Source of the DNA: Camelus dromedarius
Lineage: Eukaryota
DNA: 64,000 bases
Assembly (NCBI RefSeq): GCF_036321535.1
Contig: NC_087437.1
Location: 63,428,001 to 63,492,000, forward strand
Direction of reading: 5' to 3'
Below the pieces are notes generated by a model. That model had not been told where the DNA came from. It saw nothing but the letters and a program-made list of their open reading frames with translations, and did no database searches. Made by a program: the position numbers and the translations under genes. Shown piece after piece: positions 26,472-39,554 of this stretch. Within the stretch, counting starts at the first letter, position 1. Every line of letters starts with the position of its first letter.

Positions 26472-29256
26472 AAAAACAAACTCAAAATGGATAAAATACC
26501 TAAATGTAAGACATGAAACCATAAAACTCCTAGAAGGGAACATAAACAGAACATTCTTTGACATAAATTGTAGCAATATTTTGGGGGATCTGTCTCCTAA
26601 TGCAAAAGAAATAAAAGCAAAAACAAACAATTGGGACCTAACTAAATTCAAAAGCCTTTGCATAGCAAAGGAAACCATCAACAAAATGAAAAGACAACCT
26701 ACTAGGAAATATTTGCAAATGATGCGACTGACAAGGGGTTAATATCCAAAATATAGAAACAGCTCAAACAACTCAATATAAGAAAAACAACAACAACAAC
26801 AACAACAACAAATAATCCAATCAAGAAATAGGCAGAAGACTTGAATAGATATTTTTCCAGAGAAGACATACTGATGGCTAATAGGCATACCAAAAGATGC
26901 TTAACATTGCTAATTATTAGAGAAATGCAAATCAAAACAACAGTGAGATATCACCTCATGCCTGTCAGGATGGTTATCATCAAAAAGTCTACAAACAACA
27001 AATGTTGGTGAGGATATGGAGGAAAGGGAACCCTTGTACACTGTTGGTGGGAATGTAAATTGGTATAGCCACTATGGAAAACAGTATGGAGGTTCCTCAA
27101 AAAATTAAAAATAGAACTATCATATGATCCAGTAATTCCACTCCTGGGTATATATCTGAAAAAAATGAAAACACCAATTTGTAAAGAAAAATCCACTGTA
27201 ATGTTCATAGCAGCACTATTTACATTAGCCAAGATATGGAAGTAACCCAGTGTCCATCAACAGATGAATGCATAAAGATGTGGAATATTACTGAGCCATA
27301 AAAAGAATGAAATTCTGCCATTTGCAACAACGTGGATGGACCATGAAACTATTATGTTTAGTGAAATAAGTCAGACAGAAAAGAACAAATATGATATGTT
27401 ATCACTTACATGTGGAATCTGAAAATTAAAACAAATGAATGTATATAGCAAAACAGAAATAGACTCACCAATATAGAAAAACAAACTAGTGGATATCAGT
27501 GTAGAGGGAAGGGAGGAGAGGCAAATTAGCACTGGAGGGTCCTGCTTCAGAGGACTGGCATCCTCATACTGCAGGGAGAATTATGTACTCAGTTTTTTGT
27601 TTTTTGTTTTTTGGTTTTTTTTACTGTGAGTGTCATGGAACTCAGGGATAGATGTGTTGCTTGATAAGTTTGCAGAATTAGTTTAGAAAACCATTTTGTA
27701 TTACCAGCTTTTATAGTTCTAATTTTTAAGTAATCAGCTTAATTTTATATTTTCTTGTGAGTAACTTTGGGTCCTTTTAGAAACAATCCTTGGTACAGCT
27801 GAGCTGTGAAAAGATTAGAGCTGGAAGTAGCCTAATCCGCTGGACAAAAGAATGGACATAGTGGGGCCTGCTGGGCTCCTGGGGGCACAGGGTAGGATGT
27901 GGGCCTGAGGCACAGGAGGAGCAGCAGGTGAGGAGGCGCCCCCTGCTGGCAGTCAGTGGAAGAGTAGCCGGTGACGATGAGGTGCCGTGTGCGCTCAAGC
28001 TGGAGGTGGAATCGGGGCAAGGAGCTAAGAGCCACAGGCCCCTGAGCCCTTAAACAAGGGTGGGGATTCCTTGAGGAGAGGGGCAGCAGATGGACTGAGC
28101 CTACTGGGTTGAGAGAAGTTCTGCTGGGACTGATGGGTTGAGCCCACGAGAGATGCAGAGACCATTACTTATAGGAACACCATCCTGCTCCAGCTCCCAC
28201 CTGGTCCTGTGGCCACATGGATTACCAGGAGCAACTGGGTTCAGATGGGGCCAGCACTCTTGGGATCAGCTTCTGCCAAAGCTCCCTGTCCAGGTGGAAA
28301 AGAACATGTAGCCACGGGACTGACTGATTGAGGATTCCAGCCCATCCCACCTCTTCTCTGAGGGCCCAGTCACTCCCATTTCCTCTTCAAAGTGTGGGGG
28401 ACCACCACCCTAGATGGAGCGTCCACCTCTAGCTCTCCTGTGTGACTGAAGGCATGCATAAGGACCTTTCCGTCTGCAAGTCTCTCTGTTGAAATTCTGT
28501 TGCGAGAGCTTGACTTCCTTTGGGTTTACAAAGAATCCTTTCCTGGAAGGACAGCACATTATCAGAAGTAACTCACTTGTACATTGAGATAATGGAGTTA
28601 CTACTTAACATAAGTATTTGTTTCCCTTTTAAGAAGTATATGAGGTTTGCTGCTGGAGGGAAACAGGTTTCTGATGGCAGGGTGAGGGGTGAACTTCAGG
28701 AGCCTGGCCGAGGCCGAGGGGTGGGCCCTGTGGGCTGGCTGCCTGGGTGTGGGTTCTTGGGGCGGGAGGTGGGATGTGGGCTGGGTCCTGGGACAGTTGT
28801 GGGTGGGGACTCACTCATTCCTGAGGACAGGCTTATCCAGGCATGGATATTTTCTTCCTGTCCTGTCAGCAACTCCTTCCTCTGGTCATGTCACCAAAGC
28901 CAGGCCCTTGACTGCCCAGGAGCCAGCTCCCTCCAGAGGCCCCAACAGCTTCCTGAGTACCCTGCCCAGTGGGCTTCCTCCCTCACCCTGCCAGGGCCTC
29001 TCAGCAGCTCCACCCTCCTGGATTCTCTAGCATCTGTCTTCTGTGGAGGAAGGAGGCACCTTGTTCTGGTTCTCCTCCTAACTATTGTTCCTGAACTCTA
29101 AATCTGTAACCCCCACACTCGGTCATAAAGGCAACTATTGTCCCTGGGACATTTCCACCAGCCTCTCTGAGGGATGTGCTCCTCCCGCCACTTCTGCTCT
29201 GTGAGTTGGTCCCTGACTCGGCTTTCCTGTCCTCCTTCCCTCCAGGCACCTGCCAG

Positions 29257-29405
29257 GTGGCTGCCAAATCGGCCACCCCTGCTGCAGTTCAGAACAGCTC
29301 CAGGAACGTCCCAGCTGAGGGCACCCCACAGGGAGGCGGACCTCCAGGTCACCTTTCCTTGTCCTCCCAGCCCAGTTGCCACAACAAACAGCAGAGGAGA
29401 CACTG
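29257..29405 (+). other. MYLK: MYLK non-coding 5'UTR exon upstream of the first coding exon (alternative start 29246)
   Basis: Resembles the recalled human MYLK 5'UTR (CTGCTGCAGTTCAGA..., CCCAGTTGCCACAACAAACA.CAGAG.AGAC). A pyrimidine tract precedes CAG acceptors ending 29245 and 29256. The donor is CTG|GTGAGT. There is no ATG, and a TGA at 29316-29318 is in frame with the CDS after splicing. Confidence 0.85.
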
Positions 29406-31584
29406 GTGAGTGGGCAGAGTTTAAACTATGCTGCTGACCCTCCCCCCTCAGTCCACCCGAGGAGCTGCCGGGAGGGAACTGTGCATCTTCCTGGGTGGCT
29501 GGGAGGGACCAGTGCCCCCAAGGTGAGGTGACACCTGGCCAGGTGCCTGGGCAGGTGGGGGTGAAGTCAGCATGCTTTAGCATGATCTGTTGACCTTGGC
29601 TTGGCTGTTCAGGATTCTAGAACTGGTGAAGTCAGTGGGAGCCACTGATAGAGCCAGCGAGAAAACAAGCTTGATTGACCTCCTGCTGGGTGCTCTGGCC
29701 TCTGCTAGAAACTGTTCACACTGCTAACCATGGTGCTCCGTCTTCCAAACTGCCCCGGACTTTCTCCCCTGCTGCTCCAGGAGGCTGCTCTGGTTTTGAT
29801 TTCCCTTTGACTCTGTGGTTCCTTGGCAAGCAGCCATCATCGGGGTCGGAGCGCAGGTAGAACTCTGTGTTAATGTGAGCCCAGCTGTTCCAGGTCCTGA
29901 CCAAGAACACCCATCCACGTGCACAGACGTGGTCATCTCCACTCTGTTCGGTGCGAAGTCCCACCTGAGAATAACAGAGTGAGTCTGTTTAAATGGTGCC
30001 TTCTTTGGGCAGCTATACAATGGTGAATAATATTTCAAATAATGTTATTTGAAATAGATTTGAAATAGTATGTCAAACATGTGGGTGATCTTTTGGGATT
30101 TCTTATGTGTGATTTGGGGGGATCCATTGCTTTCTGCAGCTTTAGCCAGTGAGGGAGATGGATTTTCCTTTGGCACCATGCTGACCGTCATGTTTATAGC
30201 TCTGCAGGGAACCTCAGCCAGTGTCAGCCTGAGGGCAGTCTGTTCACTGTCAGTGCAAAGGAGGCTGATGGGGCCACACCCACTTCCGGTGAAGCAAAGA
30301 AAGTGAGAAGGAAGAAGAGGGGAAAGAGGAATTAGTGAAGGGAACTGTGGCCTGTGATTTTATAGCACTGACTCTGTCCCTCCGTGGTTCTAAAGCTGCT
30401 TTGAACTATGACCCCATCACTGCAGTCAGTGAGTGATCTCTTAGACTACTTGGAAAGACAAAACTAAGTATGTAAGTGCTCCTCTTTTGATAAGAAAATA
30501 AATCCTGTAACTTTAAAAGGAATTTTAAAAAATGACTGTGAAATTGGACTCTAATGTGGCTGATAAAGGAAAAAAATAGTGGTGTCCTACCCCTGCCTGG
30601 AAGAAAATCCAGAACCTGTGGCTGAGATGGGAGGCATTATTTTTGGACTCAGGGGAGGCTGGATCAAAGCAAACACACTGTATGTCTGAGCATGGCTCCT
30701 GTAAAAGGCAAAGCCCTGAAGCCATGATGTGGTGAAGCAGCAGAAGCAGACAATCAAATGATGGAAAAATGAATGTGAGTCTCTTTATTTTAAGGGCAGG
30801 TGTACCTCGGCTAAAATCAAGCTGAAGGCAGAGCCTTGGTGCTAAGGAGTGGGCTATTCAGGAAGCCCTTTCTGTGTAGTTACCATCTTGAGGCTCATGA
30901 CAGGGAGGTTTGCAATGAGGAAAAGAGGACAAACTTCTGTTGTAAAACCTATAGCGGACAGGACTGCAGAAATCATCTAGTACTCTTTTCCCTGCTGGGT
31001 GAGGAAATGGGGCCTCACGAGCACAGCCATGAACCTGGTATGTACAGAGACCATCCAGAACTCAGTGCCCTTCTCCGGGGCCCCCAAAAATCTGAGCCAG
31101 CTGGCCCCTGATGGATGATGCAGGGACCTTCAGCAAGCATAAACGTTCCTTGCTAGACTTCTTAAAAGGGCAAGAAATCTTTTAATTCTTATGAGCATTT
31201 TTTTAAAGATGCCTGTGGAAAATCTTATATCTGAATTTCATGACCTTATTGAAGATGTCCGTTCTGGTTTTGCTAAAATAACTTTGAACAATGAACTGTG
31301 ATGCTTTATCACATCAGGTTGTGTTTACAGATGCTTCATTGTGATTCTTTTCTAATGAAAGCACATGTGTTTTAGAGAGCTTTATGTTGCTTGATATATA
31401 ACTTGTAACTAAGTATGGGGCTTGATCATATTTCTTTAAAAGTTGGGCATTAGGGCCTTGATCAATATTGTAACCACCTCGTATACTATGTTTTTATGAG
31501 AGATTCAGTCCCCTTCCTGAGAAAAGAATGTAACCTATGTCAGTGTGGCTAACATTGATCTGATTAATGTATCAGACATGAAAT

Positions 31585-32730
31585 CTGTTCATTCAACATA
31601 CACTCCTGGAGTGATGAAAGAGGCAAAGTCCTGGCTTGGTGTAATTTTCATTCTAGTGAGAGAGGAAGACAGAAATGACTGATACTGATTTTAACTTGGA
31701 GAAAAATGAGCAGAGTTCATGAGATGGAGAGATTGGGGTGGAGGGTTATTTCATATAGGATCATCAAGTAGTCAAGGAAGTCCTCTTTATGGAGGTAAAA
31801 TGTAAGCAGAGAACAGAATGAAGTTATGGTGTGAGTCTTGAGAAATCTGGAGGAAGAGCTCTATTCAAGGCAGAGGAACTGGCTATTGCAAAGACCCTGA
31901 GGCATGAATGAACTTGGTGTGGATGCAGGAACAGCAAGTAGGCCAACAAGCGGAGAGTGGAGGGTGAGACACAGCACAACAGCAGGGGAGTTGGGACAAT
32001 AGGCAGGGCTGGGTGAGGCAGGGCCTTACAGGTCGTGATGAGGAGTTGGGTTTTATTCTGTGTGTAATGGAGGGTGCTGAGTGGGGGAGTATCATGATCT
32101 GACTGCTGTGTGGAGAACTGACTATAGGGAGACATGCATGGAGCTAGGGAGGCAGTTAAGAGACTGCTGTGGTGGTCTGAGAGTGAGATGCTGGTGGCTT
32201 AGAGGTGGGAGGAGTGATCTGATTTTTCTCATAGAACCAATGAGAGTTGCTGATGGATTGGAATGGAATGTGAGAGTGAGTGAGTGAGTGGTGACTCCTA
32301 GGCCTGAGCGTTTGGATGGATGATGGAGTCTTTTGCCTGGGCGGGAAGTGCTGCAGGAGGAGCACACTTGGTGGGAGACAATGGAGAAATCTTGTTATAT
32401 CTTGTTAGATAAACCAGTGGAGATGTGGCATGGGCAGTTGTAAAACTGCAGGTTAGTGAAGAGGTCGGGATAGGGAATGTGTTTGGGAATCTCTGGCCTC
32501 TAGAGGGTATATAAAACCATGGGACTAGAGTTGATCCCCTTGGGAGTGAGCACACCCATCATGTAGAGACCAGGAAGAGGAAGTAGGAGGAAAAAGAGGA
32601 GAGTGCAGGATCCAAGAAACCAAGAGAAGAAAGTCTTCCCAGAAGGAGGGGTGATTAACGGTGCCAACACAGCTGGGAGCATTCAAATACGTTATCAGCT
32701 GGGAATAGTGTCCTCTTGATGATTTCCTGG
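31585..32730 (-). mobile_element. L2 LINE fragment
   Basis: TTCATTCAACA terminus and typical L2 antisense motifs (GCAAAGACCCTGAGG, GCAGGGCCTT, GGAGTTGGGTTTTATTCT). Confidence 0.8.
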
Positions 32731-33190
32731 TTTCTTTCAAGCTCCTGGGCTTTGTCTTCCCTCGTTGGACTGGGAACTCACTGAAGCCAGGGATTAGTTC
32801 AGTGTTGTTCTGCTTGTACTTGGAGCCTCTCAAAGTGTCACTTAATTGCGTACTAGCAAAGCTTTGCTATGTGGACGTTGAGGCCTGAGGGGACACTTCC
32901 GTGTAGCAACTACTTTTGGGGTTGTCCGGCACTGGGGCTCTGGGGACAGTGTTGATGAGGAAGGGGCAGGACTAGTCCCACTCTAGGCAAAGAGGCTAGT
33001 AATAGCCCAGCTCCGAGTAAGAAGAATTGGGTGGCATAGGAGAGGACAGATGGGAGGAGCAGGAAGGAAACACAGAAGTATCAGATTCTTGACTTAGGAA
33101 ACTATCAGCCCCTTAAATGTAGTCATATAGCTCAAAGCTGAGGAAGAGGGCACTGAAGGGTCAGGATGAGCTCTTTGAATGGCCATAGAT

Positions 33191-33720
33191 TGATGTATCA
33201 GTTGAATAAACTCGTTATGCTTGCCGCACGACAGGCCAATGAAGCAGGAGACAAGGTGTTAGGGCAAGGAATAGTGACTTTATTCGGAAAGCCAGCAGAC
33301 TGAGAGAATGGCAGACTAATGTCTTGGAGAACCATCCTGCTTCAGTCAGAATACAAGCTCCTTTTATACAAAAAAAACAGGGGAGTGGGTGTGGTTGGTT
33401 GTCGCAAACTTCCTGCTGTAGGAATTGTATGTTCTTGCAGCCGTCCATGTGGGTCAGGCCATGGTGTCCCTGTAAACCTCCAACTAAACAAAGGTTATTC
33501 TCTATTTTGCAACTTGCTATCTCTACATAAGCACAGGAGTGCTAACATCCTTAAAGGTCAGAGCCCGGAGAATAGGCTCTCCTGTATATTCCAGGCCAAA
33601 GGCAACACTGTTTCACAAAAGGTGCAGAGCTAGCAAGACTAAGCCTAGGAAACAGGGCACAGTAGTTAAAACTAAAGGAACAGATCCAATGTAGAGTCAG
33701 ATTTGTTCTCCTCTATTACA
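33191..33720 (-). mobile_element. ERV1-class solo LTR (MER41-related, laurasiatherian type; tentative)
   Basis: TG...TACA ends. TTTATT at ~33278 and TTTTATA at ~33362 are the minus-strand polyA and TATA signals. Confidence 0.7.
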
Positions 33721-35820
33721 GATTCTCTCCCTTCCATCTCTGTTGTGGCTGAAGAAGGATAGATGGAGGAGCCTCTCATGGCTTTTCTTGGTGGAACCAG
33801 ACTCAGAACTGCCAGTTCAAGTCCTGACAAAGAGCAGAGTTCCAATGGCCCCTGTGTGTGGGGAAGCATTCTATGGGCAGTGCGTCAACACAGTCAGGGC
33901 CACTTTCGTTGACTAGGTTCCACTGATCTGCACCTATGGAGGATACCAGGTATGAAGGTCTAGCCATCTCTGACTGGGGGCAGTGTCCATGATGGAACAG
34001 ACTCAAAAGTCCCTAAGGGCTGGACACACTAGGAGTTAATCTGTGTAGGGAGAGAAATGAAGTTTCCGGCAATTGGGAGTCTGAGACAAGATTTGCATTC
34101 TGTCCTGTCTCCTACACAGACATAGTGAAACCAGAGGATCCGTGGGATCATAGGAAAAGGTAGGGGCACTGTGAGAACTTGAAAGAGATGGGAGGCCATC
34201 CTAATGAGGCAGGACCAGAAGTTGAGAGCCCTCTACAACACAAGGGAGACTCTGGGTGTGGGATGAGTATTTAAGCTGAAAATAAGCCTGCCAGCCAAGG
34301 ATCCATCCTCTGGAGTTATCCTGGGAATCTAATTACTAAACTTCTCTGGGTGATCCCTGATCATGGGGCCCAATTAAAGCCCAAGCATACTGCTGAAACT
34401 ATGTTAAGATAAAAGCTGTTTTTGTTCATTTGATATCCATTAAAGCCATCACAGATTAATCATTCTCAAAAGAAAGAAAACTATGCCACAAAATTCTGCA
34501 AGTAACTTATGACCAGATGTTGAGGTCTTGGGATACCCAGTCATGTTTTAAAATATTGTAAGGAATCTTTAGACAGTAAAATCTAAAAATAAACCCCCCA
34601 AATTAAAAAGATGAATAAGAGAAAAGCATTGTAATTCAAGAGATTTATTGGCTTATTTATTTGTAATTATTCTTAAAAAGAATCATGTTATAATTAAATA
34701 ACAGATGCTGAGGCCTAGATGTAGCCAGTTTCGTGGTGGAGAGCAAGGTAATTATAAAGTGCAAGAAAGTACCCAAGGGAGGAAGTGATGAAAATCATTG
34801 ATAGCTTATCTGAATGGTCAGTGGGTTTGTGTGAGCTAGATTTTATCATGTGCATGAATCCTTGATCTGAACATAAGTGACAGTGGCAGAGGCAGGGGTA
34901 AAGCTCATGTCCCACTGATTCATTGTGCCTGAGGAAGATTTGTAACCACTGACAGCTTCCGTATCAGTGGGCCTCCTACTAAGCTGCCTGGGGTGAGTTG
35001 AAATTGCATTTCATAACGTTGCCTCAACTGTGCTCCTGTCTTTCTAGTGCCAGAGATGAGTCTGGAGCACGTACATGGCAGTATTTGCATTTCCCTGCCC
35101 TGTTCACACAGCTGTCTTCTTGGATCTCGGCTTGCTCTGGGTTACAGTGTTAGTGGTTTTAACCAGATTTCCCAGCAGGACATGGGTGTTCTTACCTCTT
35201 CTTCCCAACTATGCCATCTGGTGTCTGCTGCTGTTCAGCTGTTTCACGTCCCATAGGTCACGCATCTCGACCTTCTGGGGTAGGGGTTTAACATGAGAGG
35301 CCCTCCCACTGCTCTCAGTAAAGGGTGAGTGGAGAGCAAAGGGCATCCCAGGATGAGAGTAGAACTCGCAGGGCTCTTGGCCACAAAGCAAATGAAGGTA
35401 GAAGCTTGTCAAGGATTGTGTACAATTCAAGGTATCTGATGCTATAGACAAGAGGCTAGCTTTAAAGAAGGGGCTACCTGGTCTGGTGGGAGAAGTGAGT
35501 AGAGTGGGAGGAGAGACTGTGGTCTGTGCATCTCTGACAAGGGCACTTGAAAGGAGGACCTTCAAGTTCAAAAGATGTCTCCCCTCAAAAAAAGCTTTGG
35601 AAGGACCTCAGATGAATGAAACTTTCAATTAAAATCAAGAAGATGGAAATCAAAATGAATAAATAAGGTAATTAAATAAGGAAAAATTCTTCACTCAGAA
35701 TTTCTAAAAAATGAGCTAATCTGGACAGAATGTGATAGAATCAATGACAATTTAAGATCTTTACTGTGGTGGTGGGGTGTTATTTTGCCACCATCTCTTC
35801 CCCAGAAGGTGGGGATACTT

Positions 35821-36261
35821 TGTCATTAATAACTAGGGAGGGTCTGAGATTTCACCAACTGGCAAGCTAACAAGTTAGCTGCCAGTTTCATGAATGCTGG
35901 CAGACAGTGAGCTCTGTGGGTTAGGGACAGGACTTTATGATTCACAGCACTGGCAGTGACCAGAGTACCAGCATTTTCTCGCACTGGTTCTTTGAGCGCC
36001 AGTCTCCATAGGTGACACAGAGGGCCAGGTGGCAGCTGCACACACAGTGGAGAGAAATCCTGAGCTGAGGGAATGCAAACCTTTTATAATGCACAGTACA
36101 CATGCCTGCACTTAGCTCCAAAGGGAGATACTATCTCTCTCTTCCAAGGTTACTGAAGATACAAATATTCTTGAAAAGATAGTCTGGAGCAAAAGCAGTC
36201 AGTGCCTCTGCTTGCAGGATGTGCAGAAATGTGAGAGTCCCACGGAGAATGGCTCCTAACT
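35821..36261 (-). mobile_element. ERVL-class solo LTR (LTR40-like, tentative)
   Basis: The minus strand begins ~GTTAGGAGCCATTCTCCGTGGGACTCTCACATTTCTGCACATCCTGCAAGCAGAGGCACTGACTGC. TTTTATA at ~36082. Confidence 0.65.
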
Positions 36262-38519
36262 GCTCCATCTGTATAAAGGGAAAGGAAGCTAGTGTGTATT
36301 ACCAGGCACTGACCAGGAGACTTCTCGCTTCTTACCTCATCAAAGCTCTGACATGATACTGTTATTTTATCAGTAAGGAAGCTGGTTAGCAATGGAGTAT
36401 CAGCTGCAGGATTTGTGTCTGTATTGCATACTTCTCAGATGCTAAGCATTGTGCTAAGAAATAGCTGAAATGTAACTAGCTGCTCATTGGGTGCTGGGCA
36501 CAGCTCTAAGAGTTCTCTACAAACTGACTTATCCATTTTTCATAACTAAGATTATCAGGAGCTGCAGAGGAAACTGCAGTAGAGGCATGGTGAATGATGG
36601 TGCCGAGATTCAAACCTGTGGTTTAACGACTGTGCTCCTGTGTTCTTTCTTCAGTCCTCAGGGGCACACCAAGGGGGTCCTGGTGAAACTAGTGTGTGCC
36701 CAAAGGATATGGAAGGGTTTGGAAACCATGGCAGGTAGGAATAGTTGAAAGGGCCAAGTGTGTTCCCTCTGCAGAAGGATAAACGGTGATTGTCTTCAGA
36801 TGCTTGTAAGCATGTCTTGTAGAAAGGTAGCATTTATGTGACTCCAGGGCCCAGAATTGGATCCAGTTAGGGGGAGGCATATCATGGCTCAGCAGACCCT
36901 GCTGAACTCAGTGATTAGAACGCCCTCCCCTGCCACCCCTTCCTGTCCCCTCTCTGAGAATTTTCCCTTGTCAGACATACCCAGAGAGGTTTCCTGCATG
37001 AGTGGGATTGGGGAGAGACCTAAACTGGGAACCCAGGCTGCCCTAAGGGGGCTGGAAGAGTTAGTCTCAACTGTATCCGTAGTCCCGCAGCTCCCCACAT
37101 TCTCGTGGAGGGACTCACCAGGAGCCTGGCTAAGTCCTGCCTCTACCCCTGATGGGTTTGGTTCCATCCCTGTAATCCCCAGCCTCATCACCTGACCAGG
37201 TCCTGGCAGTTGTCCACATACATCAGTCCCAAAGTTGCCCAGTTTCAGACAGAACAGGATTCCTTTACTGGGTGGGAGGTTGAGTCAGAAGATCTCCATG
37301 GTCTCTTAATTGTATCTGTGGTTCTGTGATTTACTCTTTCCTTGTCAAATAGCCCACGCTGTAAAAAGCAAGTCGGACCAGGTGATTGATGTCCAGCGTT
37401 GCTCTGTAAGGACCTGGCTGTGAACCTGTGGTCACACCCCTAGTCTTGGGCAGCTCCAGTCCTGAGTGGAGCAGACCTGGTCCACATGTAGGTACAGGGA
37501 GGAATTTGGAGGAATTTGGGACGTTGGTGAGTAATAGGGGTGGTGGCAACTGGTTTAATGGCATCTGTTCCCCTCAGCCAGAAACATCTTCTGTCAGAGG
37601 CTGGAGACACCCTCAACGTGATCTCAATTAGCCTGTGCATACTTTTTACAGAATTACATTCTCATCAAAGGGTTTTGGAGAGCGATGTTTATCCCAGTGT
37701 AAAGGGCATGATCAGGATCTGATCTCTGATCCTGAAATAATGTCTCTGCTATCCCAAATGTCAGGAGTAACTAAAAATACACTTAAAACTCTGAGGAATT
37801 CTTGGTTTATTGGACCCATCTCTTTTTTTCTATCAACCTCCCTCCAGAAGGCAAGAGAGTGAAAAAGTGAGCCAAAAAGCTTTAATTATCTAGTTTGCTA
37901 ACATTACTGCTTCTGCGCCACTGATACTAAGTCTGTACAGCATTGCATTTCAATCACAGAGCTAAGAGCAACCTCTGCAAACCTGGGCCTTTGTCCTGCT
38001 GCTTGTTGAGGCCAGTGTTCTGTTTTCTACCCCATTCCACAGGCTTCTTAAATTCTCAAACCCGCTGTGGCTCCGGAAATTATCTGTCTATGGGATGTCC
38101 ATGCTTTTGGAAAGTCCCTGCGCTTGTGTGCTTATCCTCAGTTCCACTCCTCCAAATCATCGTGGCCATTTGTGGTTGAGTCCTGGCATGTACCCATCAT
38201 CCGAGAAACCTGGATTTGGCAGGAGCATTTTGCCATGTTTCTATCACTGACATAAATGAAATCTGTCAGTTTCTATCATTGACATCAGTGGAGAAGGAAG
38301 AGGAAGTCTGGTTAGTTTTTTAATTTTTCTTCTTTCATACACAAATTTACTTTTCCCTTTTATACCTAAGGGCCTTTTTCTGGCCCATCAAATGTACCTT
38401 CAATTTCAGTTTAGTTCTGCGGGCTGTGACCTTTTACCTGGCTTACTGTTGACACAGTCACCTATTAGCTGGCTTATTTAGCACCCAAATAATGCTATTG
38501 CTATTGCTACTACCAGGTC

Positions 38520-38700
38520 ACATTTATTGGTGTGCTGAGGGCTTCTACCTTCATAGCCTCTTGAGGCAAGTACTGTTACTCTCCTGCCCACTTTACAAGT
38601 GAGGACACAGGCTGAGAGATGAAGGAATTTGCTGAAGGTCCCACAGCAGAGCTGGGAATTGGAAGCCAGGCAGCCCCAGAGCTGTTTGATTTCATGCCGT
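38520..38700 (-). repeat. MIR SINE
   Basis: CCCACTTTACAAGTGAGGACACAGGCTGAGAGA. Confidence 0.65.
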
Positions 38701-39024
38701 CTTCGTACTGCCCACAGGCGCTCTGCTGTGCACACAAGTGTTCCCATTGATCCTCCTGGGCGTGTCCATCCTCAGCAAGTGTTTAATGAGAAGGGACGGT
38801 GCAGGACACTGCCATGAAGACACAAAGATGTACAAACCCGAGCACGCTGCAGCTGTGGAGACAGAGTCCCCGGTCAGAGCTCATGCTGGGCTGAGCGGGG
38901 ACACTGTTCAGTGTGGTCTCAGCCTAGTGATAGTGTTGCTGTAAGCTAGAAATGCCTGGGGGCACTCCCCTGGGCCATGCCACTCGTGGTGGCCCCCACA
39001 GGCATTTCCCCTGACGGGAGCTAG

Positions 39025-39554
39025 TGTTGTGGCTTGACTGACCCTTGTGGTTCTTATTGAGATTGCAAGACACACCTCAGTAACAACCATCAGGGAACTT
39101 AGAAAAGACAAGGTTTATTACTCACAGGTCCTGGAGGGTGCAAGGCATCCTGGGGCCACACAACAAGGGGTGGGGAGTGGAAAGAGAGAGAGAGGGAGGA
39201 GAGCGAGTTGACCTGGGGTTTTGCTTTTGTTGGAATCGAGGGTGAGGTGCCTAGGGCTTCGAGTGTTCACTCTTAAATTGGTGAATTTAAAGCATAAGAG
39301 CAAGAATAAAAGTGCAAGAAGGGAAAAGCAGTCAGTCAAATGGTCAGTTATCTAGGTCAACCAGAGCTCCCTCTCTCAAAAAAAAGGGAACTTCACGGGT
39401 GTGGTGGCCTGGCTCTTTCTCTAATCCTATAGCTGGCAGTGTGTTTATTCCAAATGGATGCCTTTGAAGTGGAGGCCTCAGTAATCAAAAGCTAAGTGTC
39501 AGGTACTTACATTACAATTTTAAAAAAAAGCAAATTGTCAGGTACTTAGCTGCA
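39025..39554 (-). mobile_element. Solo LTR, family unassigned
   Basis: TG...CA ends, a GTTTATTACTCAC polyA-region motif, and an internal direct repeat TGTCAGGTACTTA. Confidence 0.55.

Larger units (their letters stand above)
23335..27530 (+). mobile_element. Host L1 ORF2 C-terminal/3' fragment, split by the 23512-26471 insertion
   Basis: ...CCTCACACCATATGCAAAAATAAACTC resumes as AAAATGGATAAAATACCTAAATGTAAGAC, which is contiguous L1 ORF2 sequence. Typical L1 3' sequence continues to ~27530. Confidence 0.9.

Noticed and set aside
28520..29101. 193-aa ORF (longest in the track)
   Set aside because: It has a TTG start, no recognisable domain, and lies in GC-rich intron where chance ORFs are expected.
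1..29220. Further upstream MYLK 5'UTR exons or a CpG-island promoter
   Set aside because: No match to the recalled sequence and no CpG island; these probably lie upstream of the window.
33191..33720. Interferon-responsive GAS motif in the MER41-like LTR
   Set aside because: I found no TTCNNNGAA by eye.
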